Below are positions 1 through 13,270 of a stretch of 64,000 bases of DNA, piece by piece. The notes beneath the pieces are model-generated. The model was not told the origin of the DNA. It saw only the letters and a list, made by a program, of their open reading frames with translations, and did no database searches. Source of the DNA: Octopus vulgaris (taxonomy: Eukaryota); assembly GCA_951406725.2 (NCBI GenBank), contig OX597832.1:48918001-48982000 (forward strand). Direction: 5' to 3'. Position 1 is the stretch's first letter; every line of letters begins with the position of its first letter. The position numbers and the translations under genes are program-made.

Positions 1-630
1 ATTATATAAAAATCAAGAATTAATCGTATACCGATTTCGTCTATTACCGAATAAATTATTTACGAAATCCTTCGTCCGCAGAACGCGTCAGTACGATCGT
101 TCCAATTTCAATATAATTTGAAAAACTAAACACTATCTGTCCATATAAATCTAGACATGTGCTTAGTTCTACCGATTATATTGAGGTTAATTTCAAATGT
201 CTAAATTCCGGCGCGCTAAATTCCGGAAACAGTTCTGCAGCAGATAATTTACTGCAGTTAATGTTGCCAATTAGAGAACATAATTATTTTAAAATTTAAA
301 TAATGAGGGAGATAAATTGAATATTAATTAACATCAATTTAAAAGCAGTAGCCTAGCGCATAAAAAATCTGAATACATTTAGGAACACCACTAGGTGGAT
401 AACTATACGCTAGAAGAAGATCACATACGATCTAACTACAAAGCGTACTGACGAGTTCTGCGGACGAAGGATTACGTAAGTAATTTATTCGGTAACAGAC
501 GAAACCGGTATACGATTAATTCTTGATTTTTATATAATTTTCATCTGTCTTGCCCGCTTCTGTTCTGGTGTTCACTGAATTTTCTCTGGAGAACAGTTTT
601 TCTTTGTAGTTAGATCGTATGTGATCTTCT
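1..630. mobile_element. Penelope-like element terminal-repeat remnant with inverted segments
   Basis: 1-95 is the reverse complement of 444-539, and ~415-443 is the reverse complement of ~602-630. The repeat contains a hammerhead motif. Inverted pseudo-LTRs carrying HHRs are characteristic of PLEs. Confidence 0.7.
444..514 (+). ncRNA. Type I hammerhead ribozyme, canonical core
   Basis: Stem I CGTA/TACG; core CTGACGA (448-454); long stem II capped by ATTAC-GTAA-GTAAT; GAAA (501-504); palindromic stem III ACCGGT; cleavage triplet GUA (508-510). Confidence 0.75.
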
Positions 631-1309
631 GTTTCCATGGCCGATTAAATTAAATTGAGACATTAAATTATATGAAATTAAATTAAATTTCCATATGGAA
701 TATGTTTAACTGCGAATATCATCAGGGGAAAAATTTTATAGAAAGGAGCTACATTCCGATGAGTCGCTTGAACTTTGATAGACACAGATATGTGAGTTTC
801 AGCAACTAATGTATGTAAAAGAAAAATACTGTTAGTAATGTATATTTAAATGCTAACTTGTTTAATATGTTTGTGCGCATGCGTATATAATGTGTTGCAA
901 AGACAAAAGCAAAACATCCGTTAGTTAGCTTAAACGATATCTCGATACGATTATTTTAAACTAGAAGCTACACAAAAACATCCTTCCTGAATTACACCAT
1001 CACTTATGATAGATCGACATGTCATTAAAGTATTCAATCACTTAAAAAATTTAATTTGTAATTCACCCAGTTGTAATCTAGAAATTAAAGCTAAATAATA
1101 GATTATTTTCATTATTGTTTTGTTTTTTGTTTTTTTGGGGTTTTTTTTTGTAATTTTAAAATCCATAGTAACGTATATTTAATATTTACATCACTTATTT
1201 GTTCGCGTGTGTGTCAATTTGTTGAAAGCTACGAGACCATTTCGAATCAAAACTGCTTACTACTTACCATAGTTGAGTCTTGCGTCATCAATATTTATAC
1301 ACAATATAA

Positions 1310-2087
1310 GGCGGTGGATCGTTAGCACGCCAGGCGAAATGTTTTGCGGTATTTCGTCTGCCGTTACGTTCTAAGTTCAAATTCCGCCGAGGTCGACTTT
1401 GCCTTTCATTCTTTCGGTGTCGATAAATTAAGTACCAGTTATGCACTGGGGTCGATGTAATCGACTTAATCCCTTTGTCTATCCTTGTTTGTCCTCTCTG
1501 TGTTTAGCCCCTTGTGGGTAGTAAAGAAATACGTATTTCGTTTGTCTTTATGTTCTGAGTTCAAATTCCGCCGAGGTCGACTTTACCTTTCATCCTTTCG
1601 GGGTCGATAAATTAAGTACCAGTTACGCACTGGGGTCGATTTAATCGACTTAATCCCTTTGTCTGTCCTTGTGTGTCCACTCTATGTTTAGCCCCTTGTG
1701 GGTAGTAAAGAAATAAGTATTTCGTCTGTATTTACATTCTGAGTTCAAATTCCGCCGAGGTCGACTTTGCCTTTCACACTTTCGGGGTCGGTAAATTAAG
1801 AACGAGTTGCGTAATGGGATCGATGTAATCGATTGGCCCTCATCCCCCAAAATTTCGGGCCTTGTGCCTGAAGTAGAAAAGAATCGTTAGCGAAATGCTT
1901 ATCGATATCTCGTCTGTCTGTACGTTGTGAGTTCAAATTCCGTTGAGGTTGACTTTACATTTCATCTTTTCGAGGTCGATAAATTAAGTACCAGTTGCGT
2001 ACTGGCGTCGATACAACCGACTGCTCCCCCCCCCACACACACACACACACAAATAATTTCGGGCCTTGTGCCTAGAGTAGAAAAAAA
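1310..2087 (+). mobile_element. tRNA-derived SINE family B, tandem array of about 4 body units
   Basis: Head GGCGG..CGTTAGCACGCC. The B-box GAGTTCAAATTCC and the core GGTCGACTTTGCCTTTCATCCTTTCGGGGTCGATAAATTAAGTACCAG repeat about every 185 bp. Tail GGCCTTGTGCCT..AGTAGAAAA. Confidence 0.85.
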
Positions 2088-2336
2088 CATTTATACACAA
2101 TATATTTGTTTCCATATCTGTGTCTATCAAAGGTCAAAGAACACATCGGAGTTGATGAAAGGAATTCATTTATAATGATAGGAATTTATATACAGGATTA
2201 AGTTTTAATAAAATGTAAAATTAGATCACTTTTCTTTACCCAAATTTCGGACATTACTTATGGGATGACCTGATATTCATATAGATATAGATATATGTGT
2301 ATGTGTGTGTGTGTGGCGGGGTGTTTGTGTGCGTGT

Positions 2337-2480
2337 AACAGGCTTGCATGCAATTACAGATTCCAAATTCACTCACAAAACATTGGTCTGCCCCTGGCTA
2401 TAATACAAGACACTCAAATGGATTGAACGCCGAAACCATGTGGTTGCAATGGGTGTTTCTGAACCATACAGCCATGCCTG
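2337..2480 (-). mobile_element. SINE family A, degraded 5' part
   Basis: Diverged match to the family A 5' half (CAAATTCACTCACAA...AACCATGTGGTTG...CCATACAGCCA). Confidence 0.6.
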
Positions 2481-4545
2481 TGCATATAAGGAAGTTGTTC
2501 GCAACGTTCCTGGGTATATATTGTTATTGAGATAATTTCGTTTTGCTTAAGTTGTTCCTCAAAGTTGCCATGGTATATTATAATTCTTCATCTCAATTAA
2601 TTTCAAATGCCACTGTCATTTACCATTTACGTCAGTATTTTAAATTTCTGCAGATGACATGCATTATGTGGTGAAAGATCTACCGATAGAAACATATTTC
2701 ACTAAATTATTGATAAAGTAGCAAGCATTTTTCGATTCAGCTTTAAATATTTTGTTAAACTACCGATGATAAAATCGCCATTACTCTGCGATCGGAATGG
2801 GAGGCATGAGTCATATCACTTGCTGTTTTTGAAGTTATATTTATTTTCAACATATTTTAAAGTATATTTTGCATGGTCATTTTGATATCATAGAGACTTG
2901 CCGTAACTTATTTCACGTTGATAACCAGCGAATCTCAGAATTTACTACTAGAAGTATATATTTTAGAAACTTTCAAGAGTTTAGTACTGTTTTCTGTTAA
3001 ATCCAAGCAGCCAGTTACAAAATTTATATTGGAGATGAAAATGGTAACTATACTGAAAAGAAAACTTTGTCGCCACTTCAATATGGCTGTTGTACTATCG
3101 TTTTTAACCCCAAGAGGACGCCTCTTCTAGCTGGTTATCGATGCAATCATCACCCTGCATATATTGCAAGTAGGGGAGCGAAACTCTAGCATCTTCTAGC
3201 GACGTTATAGGACCACCAGACCGTCCGGTTCCGGGTTATTTTTCGCAATCCCAGTGGTGGACACCTGTCCGCTAGAGATAACAGTACTTCGTTCCAGCTC
3301 GTAACTTATAGAAAAATAAGTGACAGCCAGTCAAACATTATTGCTGTTGAATCCGTTTCACATAAATTCAACGATATACACACGGTGAAAAACTAGCGAG
3401 GAAATTTCCCTTATATACTACTCTTTGTAGGCCTTTGTACTTGGCTATCATATTCTCTTCAAAGAGAACTCTATTCTTACTTTTTTTTATAGGGTGTTCT
3501 ATCTGAGAAATTGTATTTCCCGAACCGTCATCAAAAGATGGAAATTTCTCCCGAATCTTAAACTAACAATCTCTGTTTTGATGATAACATTTGATAAATG
3601 GATAAATGTTGGTTGTTTAATATGTACAGAATCAGGCGCTGCATAAATTATTATTGGATAACATTTTGTCTATGATCTTTCAGTGTTTTGAAAGCAAGAT
3701 CGGATCAAAGAGAAAGAAATTCGTTTTCTGATCCAGCTGATAAATAATGTAATTGCAATCTTTATTCTCCTTCCTTCTCTTTCATGAGCTTCCTGCCATG
3801 GCTTTCATGTACGGAACCCCATGAAAAAAAAAAAATTAACTAGCCTAAGGAATCGTTGCAAACATCGCCCATCATTTGAGAGATGCCTGGGAATGCTAGC
3901 CCCCACACACCCCGCTCACTAAAACGTAATTTAGTAATTATACAGCATAAAATATTTGTCCAGTTATGTTCCCCTTCGTTTATTCAAAATACATTGCATT
4001 CATGTGTATGAATGAATTTATCGATCACTCTTTGTGATATATTATTCAATTCATGCTAGTTACTTCTTTCATGCTGAGAAGTTCAATCACATAATTCCCT
4101 TCATTTTTTTTTTCTGTGGCAGACCATGCATCCTCTACTGTCAAACCGCATTGACTCTGTCTTTCCCAAAGTAGCCGGCATTCTACACACAGTATAGTTA
4201 GTTTCTACACATTCAAATTTATCGTTCTCTCCCTCTCTCTCCCTCCCTCCCTTCATCTCACTCTCTCTCTCTCCCTGACATTTCCCAGTTGTAATTTTTG
4301 TTGCCCTAGAAATGATTGCTGTTCACTGTCGCCTGGAAACGCCATGGCCAAAGGAATTTTTCCTTACCGCATACATTTACATTGTGTTGTCTTTTATAAA
4401 GATGCAGTCCTTGGAGGGCAGCCAAGCTGGCGCACCACCTTCAATGTGTTTGGTCGAAGAAATCAATCCCGGTTCTTACTTTTTAATGATTATAATGACG
4501 ACGACGACACATATATATATACATATATATATACATATATGTATG

Positions 4546-4576
<31 letters not shown>

Positions 4577-4602
4577 GTACGTATGTATATATATCTATAT
4601 AT

Positions 4603-4794
4603 GGAGAATCCACAAAAAAAAACAAAAGACGAAGACAGATGGTATAGACAATAAAACAGATGTATTACTTTAACGCTCGGGAAGTGGAAAAGTCTTTGAC
4701 GTTTCGAGCCTACGCTCTTCCACAGAAAGGAACACAGAAAGAAACAAGGAGAGAAAATAAAGAACGAGTAGTGGCTAGCGATCTATCATGGCGA
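4603..4794 (-). mobile_element. ~190 bp hammerhead-bearing element (PLE solo terminal repeat-like) in a (TA)n tract
   Basis: Homologous to 6243-6426 and, in reverse complement, to 55858-56068. Flanked by TA repeats. Confidence 0.7.
4694..4729 (-). ncRNA. Minimal type I hammerhead-like motif, variant core
   Basis: Minus strand reads CTTT-CTGTGGAA-GAGC-gtag-GCTC-GAAA-CG-TC-AAAG. Confidence 0.6.
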
Positions 4795-4840
<46 letters not shown>

Positions 4841-4843
<3 letters not shown>

Positions 4844-4951
4844 CCTGCTCGCTTAGCCAGCGGGGTGGCGTCATTCAAAGGCTAGAACAATGCGAATGCA
4901 TTGTGACCAGCAATGTGTAACAACATCTGATGGTCTGGTCGGTCACGTGAT

Positions 4952-4958
<7 letters not shown>
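4841..4958 (+). mobile_element. SINE family C, 3' half
   Basis: TGGCCTGCTCGCTTAGCCAGCGGGGTGGCGTCATTC...GGTCACGTGATCACGTGA matches the 3' part of the copy at 57311-57560. Confidence 0.75.
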
Positions 4959-4997
<39 letters not shown>

Positions 4998-5165
4998 GGG
5001 CTTCCGTCCCCGTAACTTATCAGTTAGGCACAAGAGGTCTGTAGAATAAGTACCAGGCTTATAAATTTAAGAGCTGGAGTCGATTCGTTCGCCTAAGATT
5101 CTCCAAGGTGGCGCCCCAGCATGACCGTAGTCTGTCTAATGACTGAAACCCATAGAAGATAAAAC
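4998..5165 (+). mobile_element. SINE family A, 3' half
   Basis: CGTCCCCGTAACTTA...AGAATAAGTACCAGGC...CCCCAGCATG..GCAGTC..AATGACTGAAAC. Confidence 0.7.
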
Positions 5166-5505
5166 GTAAATATACACACACACACATACGCAAACAAATA
5201 TTGTATGTAAAAACGCTTGTATGCATGCATGTATTTGTGCATGTACAGGTGTATACGTGTCTGAGTTTTTTTCTTCCCTCCAATCCCTCCCTCTGTCTTT
5301 GCTCCTCTGACTTCTCCCTTTCTCTCTCTCTCTCTCTCTCGCTCTGGTCTTAAGCCGTTTATACGCTTGCGTGCAAATATGCAGGAACACCTTTGAATAA
5401 ATGCCTTTTATTTATTTATTTATATATTTATTTATTTTGCATGTGATCGAAATTCGTACGTTCAACTCATTTCTGATAATAGCTGTTTAGTAAATCAAAA
5501 AGTCC

Positions 5506-5560
<55 letters not shown>

Positions 5561-5582
5561 TTGTGTATGTGTGTGTGATTAA

Positions 5583-5642
<60 letters not shown>

Positions 5643-5646
5643 TATA

Positions 5647-5694
<48 letters not shown>

Positions 5695-5746
5695 TATATG
5701 TTTATATATATGTATGTATGTATATATGTATATATATATACATATA

Positions 5747-5779
<33 letters not shown>

Positions 5780-6135
5780 ATAAATATTTTGAATAAACTT
5801 TATGTTAATTAGCGATAAAAGAATTTCAGGTAATTTTCGTTGTTGTTGCTTTCGTTGCTATTTTGGCTAAAGGTGTGTAATTATGAAACAAAAGAGGTAA
5901 AAAAAAGTGAATAAGTAAATAAATAAATTGCCCCTTGCCAAATATTAGTTCTGTTCTGTTGATCTCTGGCGAGTTTTCATTGATCCTGTTTGGAAAATCG
6001 CTTAGAATGTAAATAAAATTATTTAGAATATCGGATTATGAGAATAACAGATTTCAATTACATGTTGCTTTTATGAAATGATAGTTTTCGTTTAGAACGG
6101 TATGAATGCGTGTGTGTGATACAGATATATCTACA

Positions 6136-6202
<67 letters not shown>

Positions 6203-6242
6203 GTGTGTGTGTGTTAAATATATATATATGTATATATATATA

Positions 6243-6426
6243 GGGAGAGTTTACGAAAAAAACAAAAGACGAAGACAGGTGGTGTACAAAACAAACAGAT
6301 GTATTAGTACAACGCTCAGGAATAGAAAAAGTCTTCTACGTTTCGAGCCTACGCTCTTCTACAGAAAGGGACACAGAAAAAACAAGGAGAGAAAAAAATG
6401 TGTATAGTGCCTAACGATCTATCATT
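6243..6426 (-). mobile_element. ~190 bp hammerhead-bearing element, second copy
   Basis: Homologous to 4603-4794 and flanked by TA repeats. Confidence 0.7.
6333..6368 (-). ncRNA. Minimal type I hammerhead-like motif, variant core
   Basis: Minus strand reads CTTT-CTGTAGAA-GAGC-gtag-GCTC-GAAA-CG-TA-GAAG. Confidence 0.6.
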
Positions 6427-6610
6427 ATGATCTATATATATATCTGTACATATATACACACACACATATACATACAAACATTCACACACATATGCGCGAG
6501 CACACATATGTATGCGTGAGTATGCACGCAAGCATGTGTACGAATGTGTGCTTGTGTGTGTGTATATATATATATCTTAGCTGCTTTCTTGTATGCGAGC
6601 AAAGTTATTG

Positions 6611-6933
6611 CTAGAAAGAGTCCTTTTGAAATGAGTCAATGTTGATGCAATGTAAAGCCCTTGTATGACGCTTGAGCCCGCCAAAAACGTTGTATGTTCT
6701 ACTGCAAAATACATAGCTGTGCTGGTTGGCAGTAGAATCAGGTGCCGCAGTATGAACCCTTTTGATATGCATTTTCAATCCTCCAACTGAGAGGCACACC
6801 TCTCTACATGTTGCACATGTTCTGTTGCAAAAAATTAGCCATAACACTATTTACCATGGGTCGAATCCTGTGAGTTCTCTGTTGGCTAACCAAGCCCGCA
6901 CGACTCAAGCCCCTCCTCCTACAAATAGGAAGA

Positions 6934-6935
<2 letters not shown>
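6611..6935 (-). pseudogene. Degenerate array of three C2H2-like fingers, probably the C-terminus of an RTE-type LINE ORF
   Basis: Frameshifted translation: PICRRRGLSRAGLVSQQRTH, TCATCREVCLSVGGLKMHIKRVH, YVFCSRTYNVFGGLKRHTRALH. There are no TGEKPY linkers, and the 5' end is truncated at a (TA)n tract. Confidence 0.55.
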
Positions 6936-6979
<44 letters not shown>

Positions 6980-7319
6980 AAAAATGGAATTCTACCACGA
7001 CCACCACGATCACTACGATTGCTGCTACTATTACTACTACTACAAACACCATGGTCACTACTATTACTTCTACGATCAACAGTCTTCCACTATAGCTGCC
7101 GCTGCTACTGCCACAGCTAAGCTGCTACTACCAATGAGCTGCTGCAACCCCAACCACCACCACGGTTACTACTACTATGACCAACAGTCACTGCTGCTAC
7201 TGCCATTTCAGCCACTGACCATTCGGATACATAAGACAGCTAAAAACAACTACGTGGATTGTGTTGAGACCAGTAAGAAACAATTATGAACTTTTTTATT
7301 ACACTTAACTTGTTAAAAT

Positions 7320-7367
7320 ATTTTTGATTAGGTTCGTTTTTTCAAGAAGAACCGAAACATGTAAAAT
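7320..7367 (+). ncRNA. Degenerate hammerhead motif, likely inactive
   Basis: ATTT-TTGATTA-GGTTC...GAACC-GAAA-CATG-TA-AAAT. The stems are intact, but core positions 3 and 8 are mutated. Confidence 0.45.
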
Positions 7368-7689
7368 TTCTAAGAAAATTGAAATTTATCTTATATAGTG
7401 GCATTTTCAAAGTTCTTTATATATATATATATATATATATTTTGTGAAATAGAAAGATGAATAATCTTGTTGCAGATTAATTAACCGATACCTTGGTAGC
7501 AAAAATCACAGCAGAAGATAGCACGGTTGGAGGTACAACCATATGGTGTTGCAACCGTGCGTTGGTGCGGAATATATACATATATATATATATATTCTAT
7601 GGTGTACAAATGACCGACATCACAGCATTGCTATGAATGGGATGCAGGACCTTTGCAAGCCGACAATTTTGAGGGCATTTACATCCATT

Positions 7690-7815
7690 ACTTGACTGGT
7701 GTCGTATTTAATCGGTCCCCAAAGGAAAACAGTGCTGAGCTCGTCGAGATTTGAACTCAGAACATAAAGAACCGGAAGAATAGGCCACTTTGTACTCTTG
7801 TCTGACGTGCTAGCA
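7690..7815 (-). mobile_element. SINE family B, degraded
   Basis: GATTTGAACTCAGAAC (B-box, reverse complement) plus a diverged core. Confidence 0.55.
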
Positions 7816-7819
7816 ATTT

Positions 7820-8106
7820 GGCATGTTTCAGTCACCAGACAGCAGCCACGCTAGGGCACCGCCTTGAAAAAGTTTCGTTGAATAAATCGACCCCAGTACT
7901 TTTTTTAAGCCTGCTACTTCTATCGATCTCTTTCGCCGAACCACTAATTTACGGGTATGTAAACACACCAACACCGATTCTCAAGTTGTGGTGGGGTAAC
8001 AAAGACACAAAGACATACACACATATACAGACACACACGCACACACACATACGCACACACACACATACGCGCACACACACATACACGTACACGCACACAC
8101 ACACAG

Positions 8107-8165
<59 letters not shown>

Positions 8166-8320
8166 CGACGGACTTCTTTCAGTTTCTGTCTGCCAAATGC
8201 ACTCACCAGGCTTTGGCCGACCCGAGACTATAGTAGAAGACACTCGCCCGAGGTGCTATGCAATGGAACTGAACCCGGAACCATATGGTTGGGAAGCAAG
8301 CTTCTTACCACACCGCCACA
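7820..8320 (-). mobile_element. SINE family A, near full length, with internal (CA)/(TA) microsatellite
   Basis: Reverse-complement match to the copy at 32771-33238. Confidence 0.8.
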
Positions 8321-8999
8321 CCTAAATAAAAAAAAAAGAATAAACACAATCAAAACCAAAATGGCCGGCCATTGCTAGAATATCTTCCATGATCAGAGAT
8401 CTATGTAATCAGAATTGACTTGTGTCGATATAATAGCAAAAACAAATAGATAGATAAAAACGCTAGCTAATGTTACGCCTATAGTCAAAAGAACAGAACT
8501 GTTTCTTTAAAAAAATTCCGATAAATAGCGAATCGCTATCTTATGGTATTAAGTGCTAAAGAGCCCAAGAGCTATTGGAAAAATCCCGATGGCGAAAGAG
8601 GTAAAATTGTCATGTTTTTAATCAAAGATAGTGTTGTCTAATGCAAGAGCAAACATCGTGATAGAAGCGTATTAAATGTAGGAACTCGTTATCAATATGC
8701 GTTAGAATGAAGTAGCGAAAGATAAATGGAAAAAAAAAAAAAAAACATACAATAGGGGTACGTTGTCGTACATGTAGTTCGTGATCAAATTGTTAAGAGG
8801 ATCAATATGTTTACAAAGAGAGAAAGAGAGAGAGAGAGAGGTGGGAGGTGGGGAGGGGTGGGGTGGGTGAAGAGAGATGATGGGAGACAGTGGGAGAAAG
8901 AGTTGGAGAAAACGGAGGGAATGGGGAAAATAGCTTGTGAGAAATGGCAGCGAGCAGACTTTACACACAAATACAGACATACACAAACACGTATATAAC

Positions 9000-9028
9000 G
9001 TGTGTGTATGTGTGTGTGTGTATGTATG

Positions 9029-9062
<34 letters not shown>

Positions 9063-9111
9063 TGTATGTATGTATGTCTCTATCTATGTGTATATGTATG
9101 AATATATACAC

Positions 9112-9144
<33 letters not shown>

Positions 9145-9194
9145 AAGAGAGAGAGAGGGGGGAGGGAGAGAGATAGAGAGATAGATAGACAGAC

Positions 9195-9246
<52 letters not shown>

Positions 9247-9312
9247 TGATTGATTGATTGATAGATAGATAGATAGATAGATAGAGAGATACATAGATAG
9301 ACAGACAGACAA

Positions 9313-9394
<82 letters not shown>

Positions 9395-9452
9395 TGATTG
9401 ATTGATGGATAGATAGATAGATAGAGAGATACATAGATAGACAGACAGACAA

Positions 9453-9533
<81 letters not shown>

Positions 9534-9550
9534 CATACAGATTGATAGAC
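9000..9550. repeat. Compound (TATG)/(TA)/(GATA)n microsatellite with an internal ~140 bp duplication
   Basis: The interruption GAGAGATACATAGATAGACAGACAGACAAATAG occurs at ~9284 and ~9424. Confidence 0.9.
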
Positions 9551-10188
9551 ACAAATATATTAATATATGCTTGCGTGAATTTCCATCTGAAAATACATAT
9601 TTGTGTGTGTATACATGATTACATGATATTTACTGCATATATATATATAGATACAAAAATACATATATATATATATATATGATTATATCTGTATATAATC
9701 TTGTGTATACGTTTGTGTTTGTGTGTATGTATTTGTCTATGTGGTTTCGTGCTAGAACCTGCTTTCGTATGTAAGTGTACGAGAGCATATTTCTGTACGT
9801 CTGAGCATCGTGTTGGTTAATATTCATTCTTATTAATTTTCATGCATTTTTATAGCTGGTCGTTTGCTGTATGATTAGAATAATAACATAAAATATATAA
9901 AAAAAAGTGTGATTTCTTATTCAGATTTAAGCTCGTGGTTTATTTTGTTATTATTATTATTTGTTATATTATTATTTCGTGTCTCCATCAAATCTTTCTA
10001 TTCTTTCTGTAATCATCCAAACACCAAGGGGTTTAGGAAACTGAAATTACGGATTGCGAGAAAACAAGTGTATTGAGAAGATTGAAAAAGAAAATGTCTG
10101 CACAATACGTGAGATCTTTGTGACATGTCTCACAACGAGAATAATTGTACTTGCACCTCCCTTGCTTTAACTCTCTTCCTGGCCAAAA

Positions 10189-10260
10189 TCTATATATATA
10201 AAGCTGAAGTTGTCTGTGCGTGGCAGGTTTGGTAGCCATCAGCTAACACTATCTCCTCCG
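10189..10260 (+). mobile_element. Probable non-autonomous Helitron 5' end
   Basis: A|TCTATATATATAAAGCTGAAGTTGTCTGT matches the typical TC-start Helitron 5' terminus. Confidence 0.45.
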
Positions 10261-10364
10261 TAATTTTATTAACTAAATCCTTGAAGACGGTGCTTCAGCA
10301 TTGCCGCAGTTCCTTAACCGAAGAAGAGTAAAACATATAAGCCATATGTATTAACATATATATA

Positions 10365-10536
10365 GTTGTAGGCTTAGCTTTGTGGTAAGAAGCTTGCCTC
10401 CCAACCACATGGTTCTGGGTTCAGTCCCACTGCGTGACACCTTGGGCAATTGCCTTCTACAATAGCCTTGGGCTGACTCAAAATTTGTGAGTGGATTTGT
10501 TTGAGGGAAACTGATACAAGCTCGTCATATGTGTGC

Positions 10537-10602
<66 letters not shown>

Positions 10603-10822
10603 CTGTGTCTCCGTTTGTCTTCTACCACCGCTTGACAACGCTTGTCGGTCTGTTTACGCCCCTGTAACTTAGCGGTTCGGCAAAAGAGCCCGATAGAATA
10701 AGTACCAGGCCTTGAGGAAATAATGTACTGGGATCGATTCATTCAACTAAAATCCTCCAAGGCTGTGCCCCAGCGTGGCCGCAGTCTAATGACTGTAACG
10801 TGTAAAAGATAAAGGATAAAGA
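10365..10822 (+). mobile_element. SINE family A, full length
   Basis: TGTGGTAAGAAGCTTG..GGGTTCAGTCCCACTGCG head, internal (TG)n, tail CCCAGCGTGGCCGCAGTCTAATGACTG. Confidence 0.85.
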
Positions 10823-11914
10823 TAGTTTTGTATTCAGTGTTTCAATCTTTTTTCCAAAGTTAAAACCCGTCTTTTTTTTCAAAATGATTTTTTTCTAAAC
10901 TAATTACTACATGTTATAAATAGTAGCCTTATCTAATTCGAGTTCAACTGTTAGAACGCTCGTTTGATGTGATACTGCTTCTATCACTAATGACGAATTC
11001 TTAACCAGCCTCTGGATTAATGGCACCACTAGAGATTTGTTCATAACTTCTTTTCTACATCAGTCAGAATTAGCTAAATGTGTCTTGTCATGCGGTGCTA
11101 GAGGATGCTTGATATTTATAACACTCAAAGAAGAAGAAATACACATCTAGCAAATCCACCACTGCTGCCAGAAACATTTCAACTGCTGCTGAGAGATTTC
11201 TGTGTTCTTTCCCGAGACAAACACCGCAGTTTCAAGGCTTTCGACGGTATATCTTCTTTACATATGATATACAGAAAGCTATTTTGAATTACTTCACGAT
11301 CCCTCAAAGTTTCTAAATTCTTATTGCCATAAGATATATGAATGAACAATTATAGAAAGCTTTCCGAATTCGAGACCATCCTTAATTAGAAGTTTCCCAA
11401 AAGATATCAAGACGTTTATCACATTTACACTTTAAAGGTCGTCTAGAAATAACTTAGTGGCGGTGCAGTGCATTATTTATTCAACATTCGGACATCTTTA
11501 TTTCCAACTATACAGCTCAGTTACTCCTACAAAACGACAATAGCATCATATTCAATGACACACATACACAAGCATTTATATGTGGGATAAGGTCTATGTG
11601 TGTGTGTTCGTTTCTATATCTGTATATATAACATATATGTATATATATATATATATATACATATTTATATATGTATATATATCATATATATATACATATA
11701 TATATATGTATATTTATATGTGTGTGTATATATATGTATATATACAAATATACATTTGTATATATGTGTATATATATATATTTATACATATATACCTATG
11801 TATATATGTACGTATGTATATATATGTATATATATATATATGTGTGTGTGTGTATATATATACATTTATATATACATGTATATATATAAACATAAATACA
11901 TAGATACATCCATT

Positions 11915-11955
<41 letters not shown>

Positions 11956-11961
11956 GTACGT

Positions 11962-12030
<69 letters not shown>

Positions 12031-12641
12031 AATACATAAATACACTGACGCACAGACACATAAATATGTGTGTTTATGTACATGTGTTCGTGTGTGTATG
12101 TGTGTATGCGTGTGTGTATGCGTGTGTGTGTGTGTGCTTGTGTTTATGAACACGTTAATTTCCCTTCCTGGTTGTAAAGAGCCACGAAGAGCAAACAATG
12201 CCATCCAACTGTCTGCAACTACTAAAAATATCAATCAGTTTCGACAGTCACCTTTAAAGTTTATCCTTTCTGAGACACTTTAATACAAATCTCTAAATCA
12301 GTTTATCGCTTCTAGAACCCACAGCCAAATCGCTTTTTCCACAGTTTCCATAGTTACCTACTATCACATATGACTTATAATGCCTACAATTGAACAAAGT
12401 TTCGCTTGTTATAACCGGTCAATTGGCTCTATCAAGCAGGCTTTTTAGAATTAACACTCTAAACTCTGCAGGCAGGTGTAATATTTAAGGTTAGTTACGA
12501 TTTCCCCACGATGCAACATAATACTATAATTTGCTATAATAGTAAATTAATACAAAATTATTAACAGCTCAGTAACTTTTGAAGTTGCATCTTACTATCT
12601 CAATGGCCTGCGCGGAAACTTAAACATGTTGATGTATCGCA

Positions 12642-13060
<419 letters not shown>

Positions 13061-13066
13061 TATTTT

Positions 13067-13145
<79 letters not shown>

Positions 13146-13270
13146 AGAAGAAAAAATACCTGTGTATTAATTAGGTATTCTACCAGTAAAATATAGGATA
13201 GATACTATCCCTTAGTTGGTTGGATTCACAACCTCTAACTCTCTTTTTACCAAATATATGCTATATATAT

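Noticed and set aside
750-835. CCGATGAGTC..GAC as a hammerhead
   Set aside because: No GAAA, stem III or cleavage site follows.
1310-2087. Regularly spaced repeats resembling a CRISPR array
   Set aside because: The units are whole ~185 bp SINE bodies with no unique spacers, in a eukaryotic context with no cas genes.
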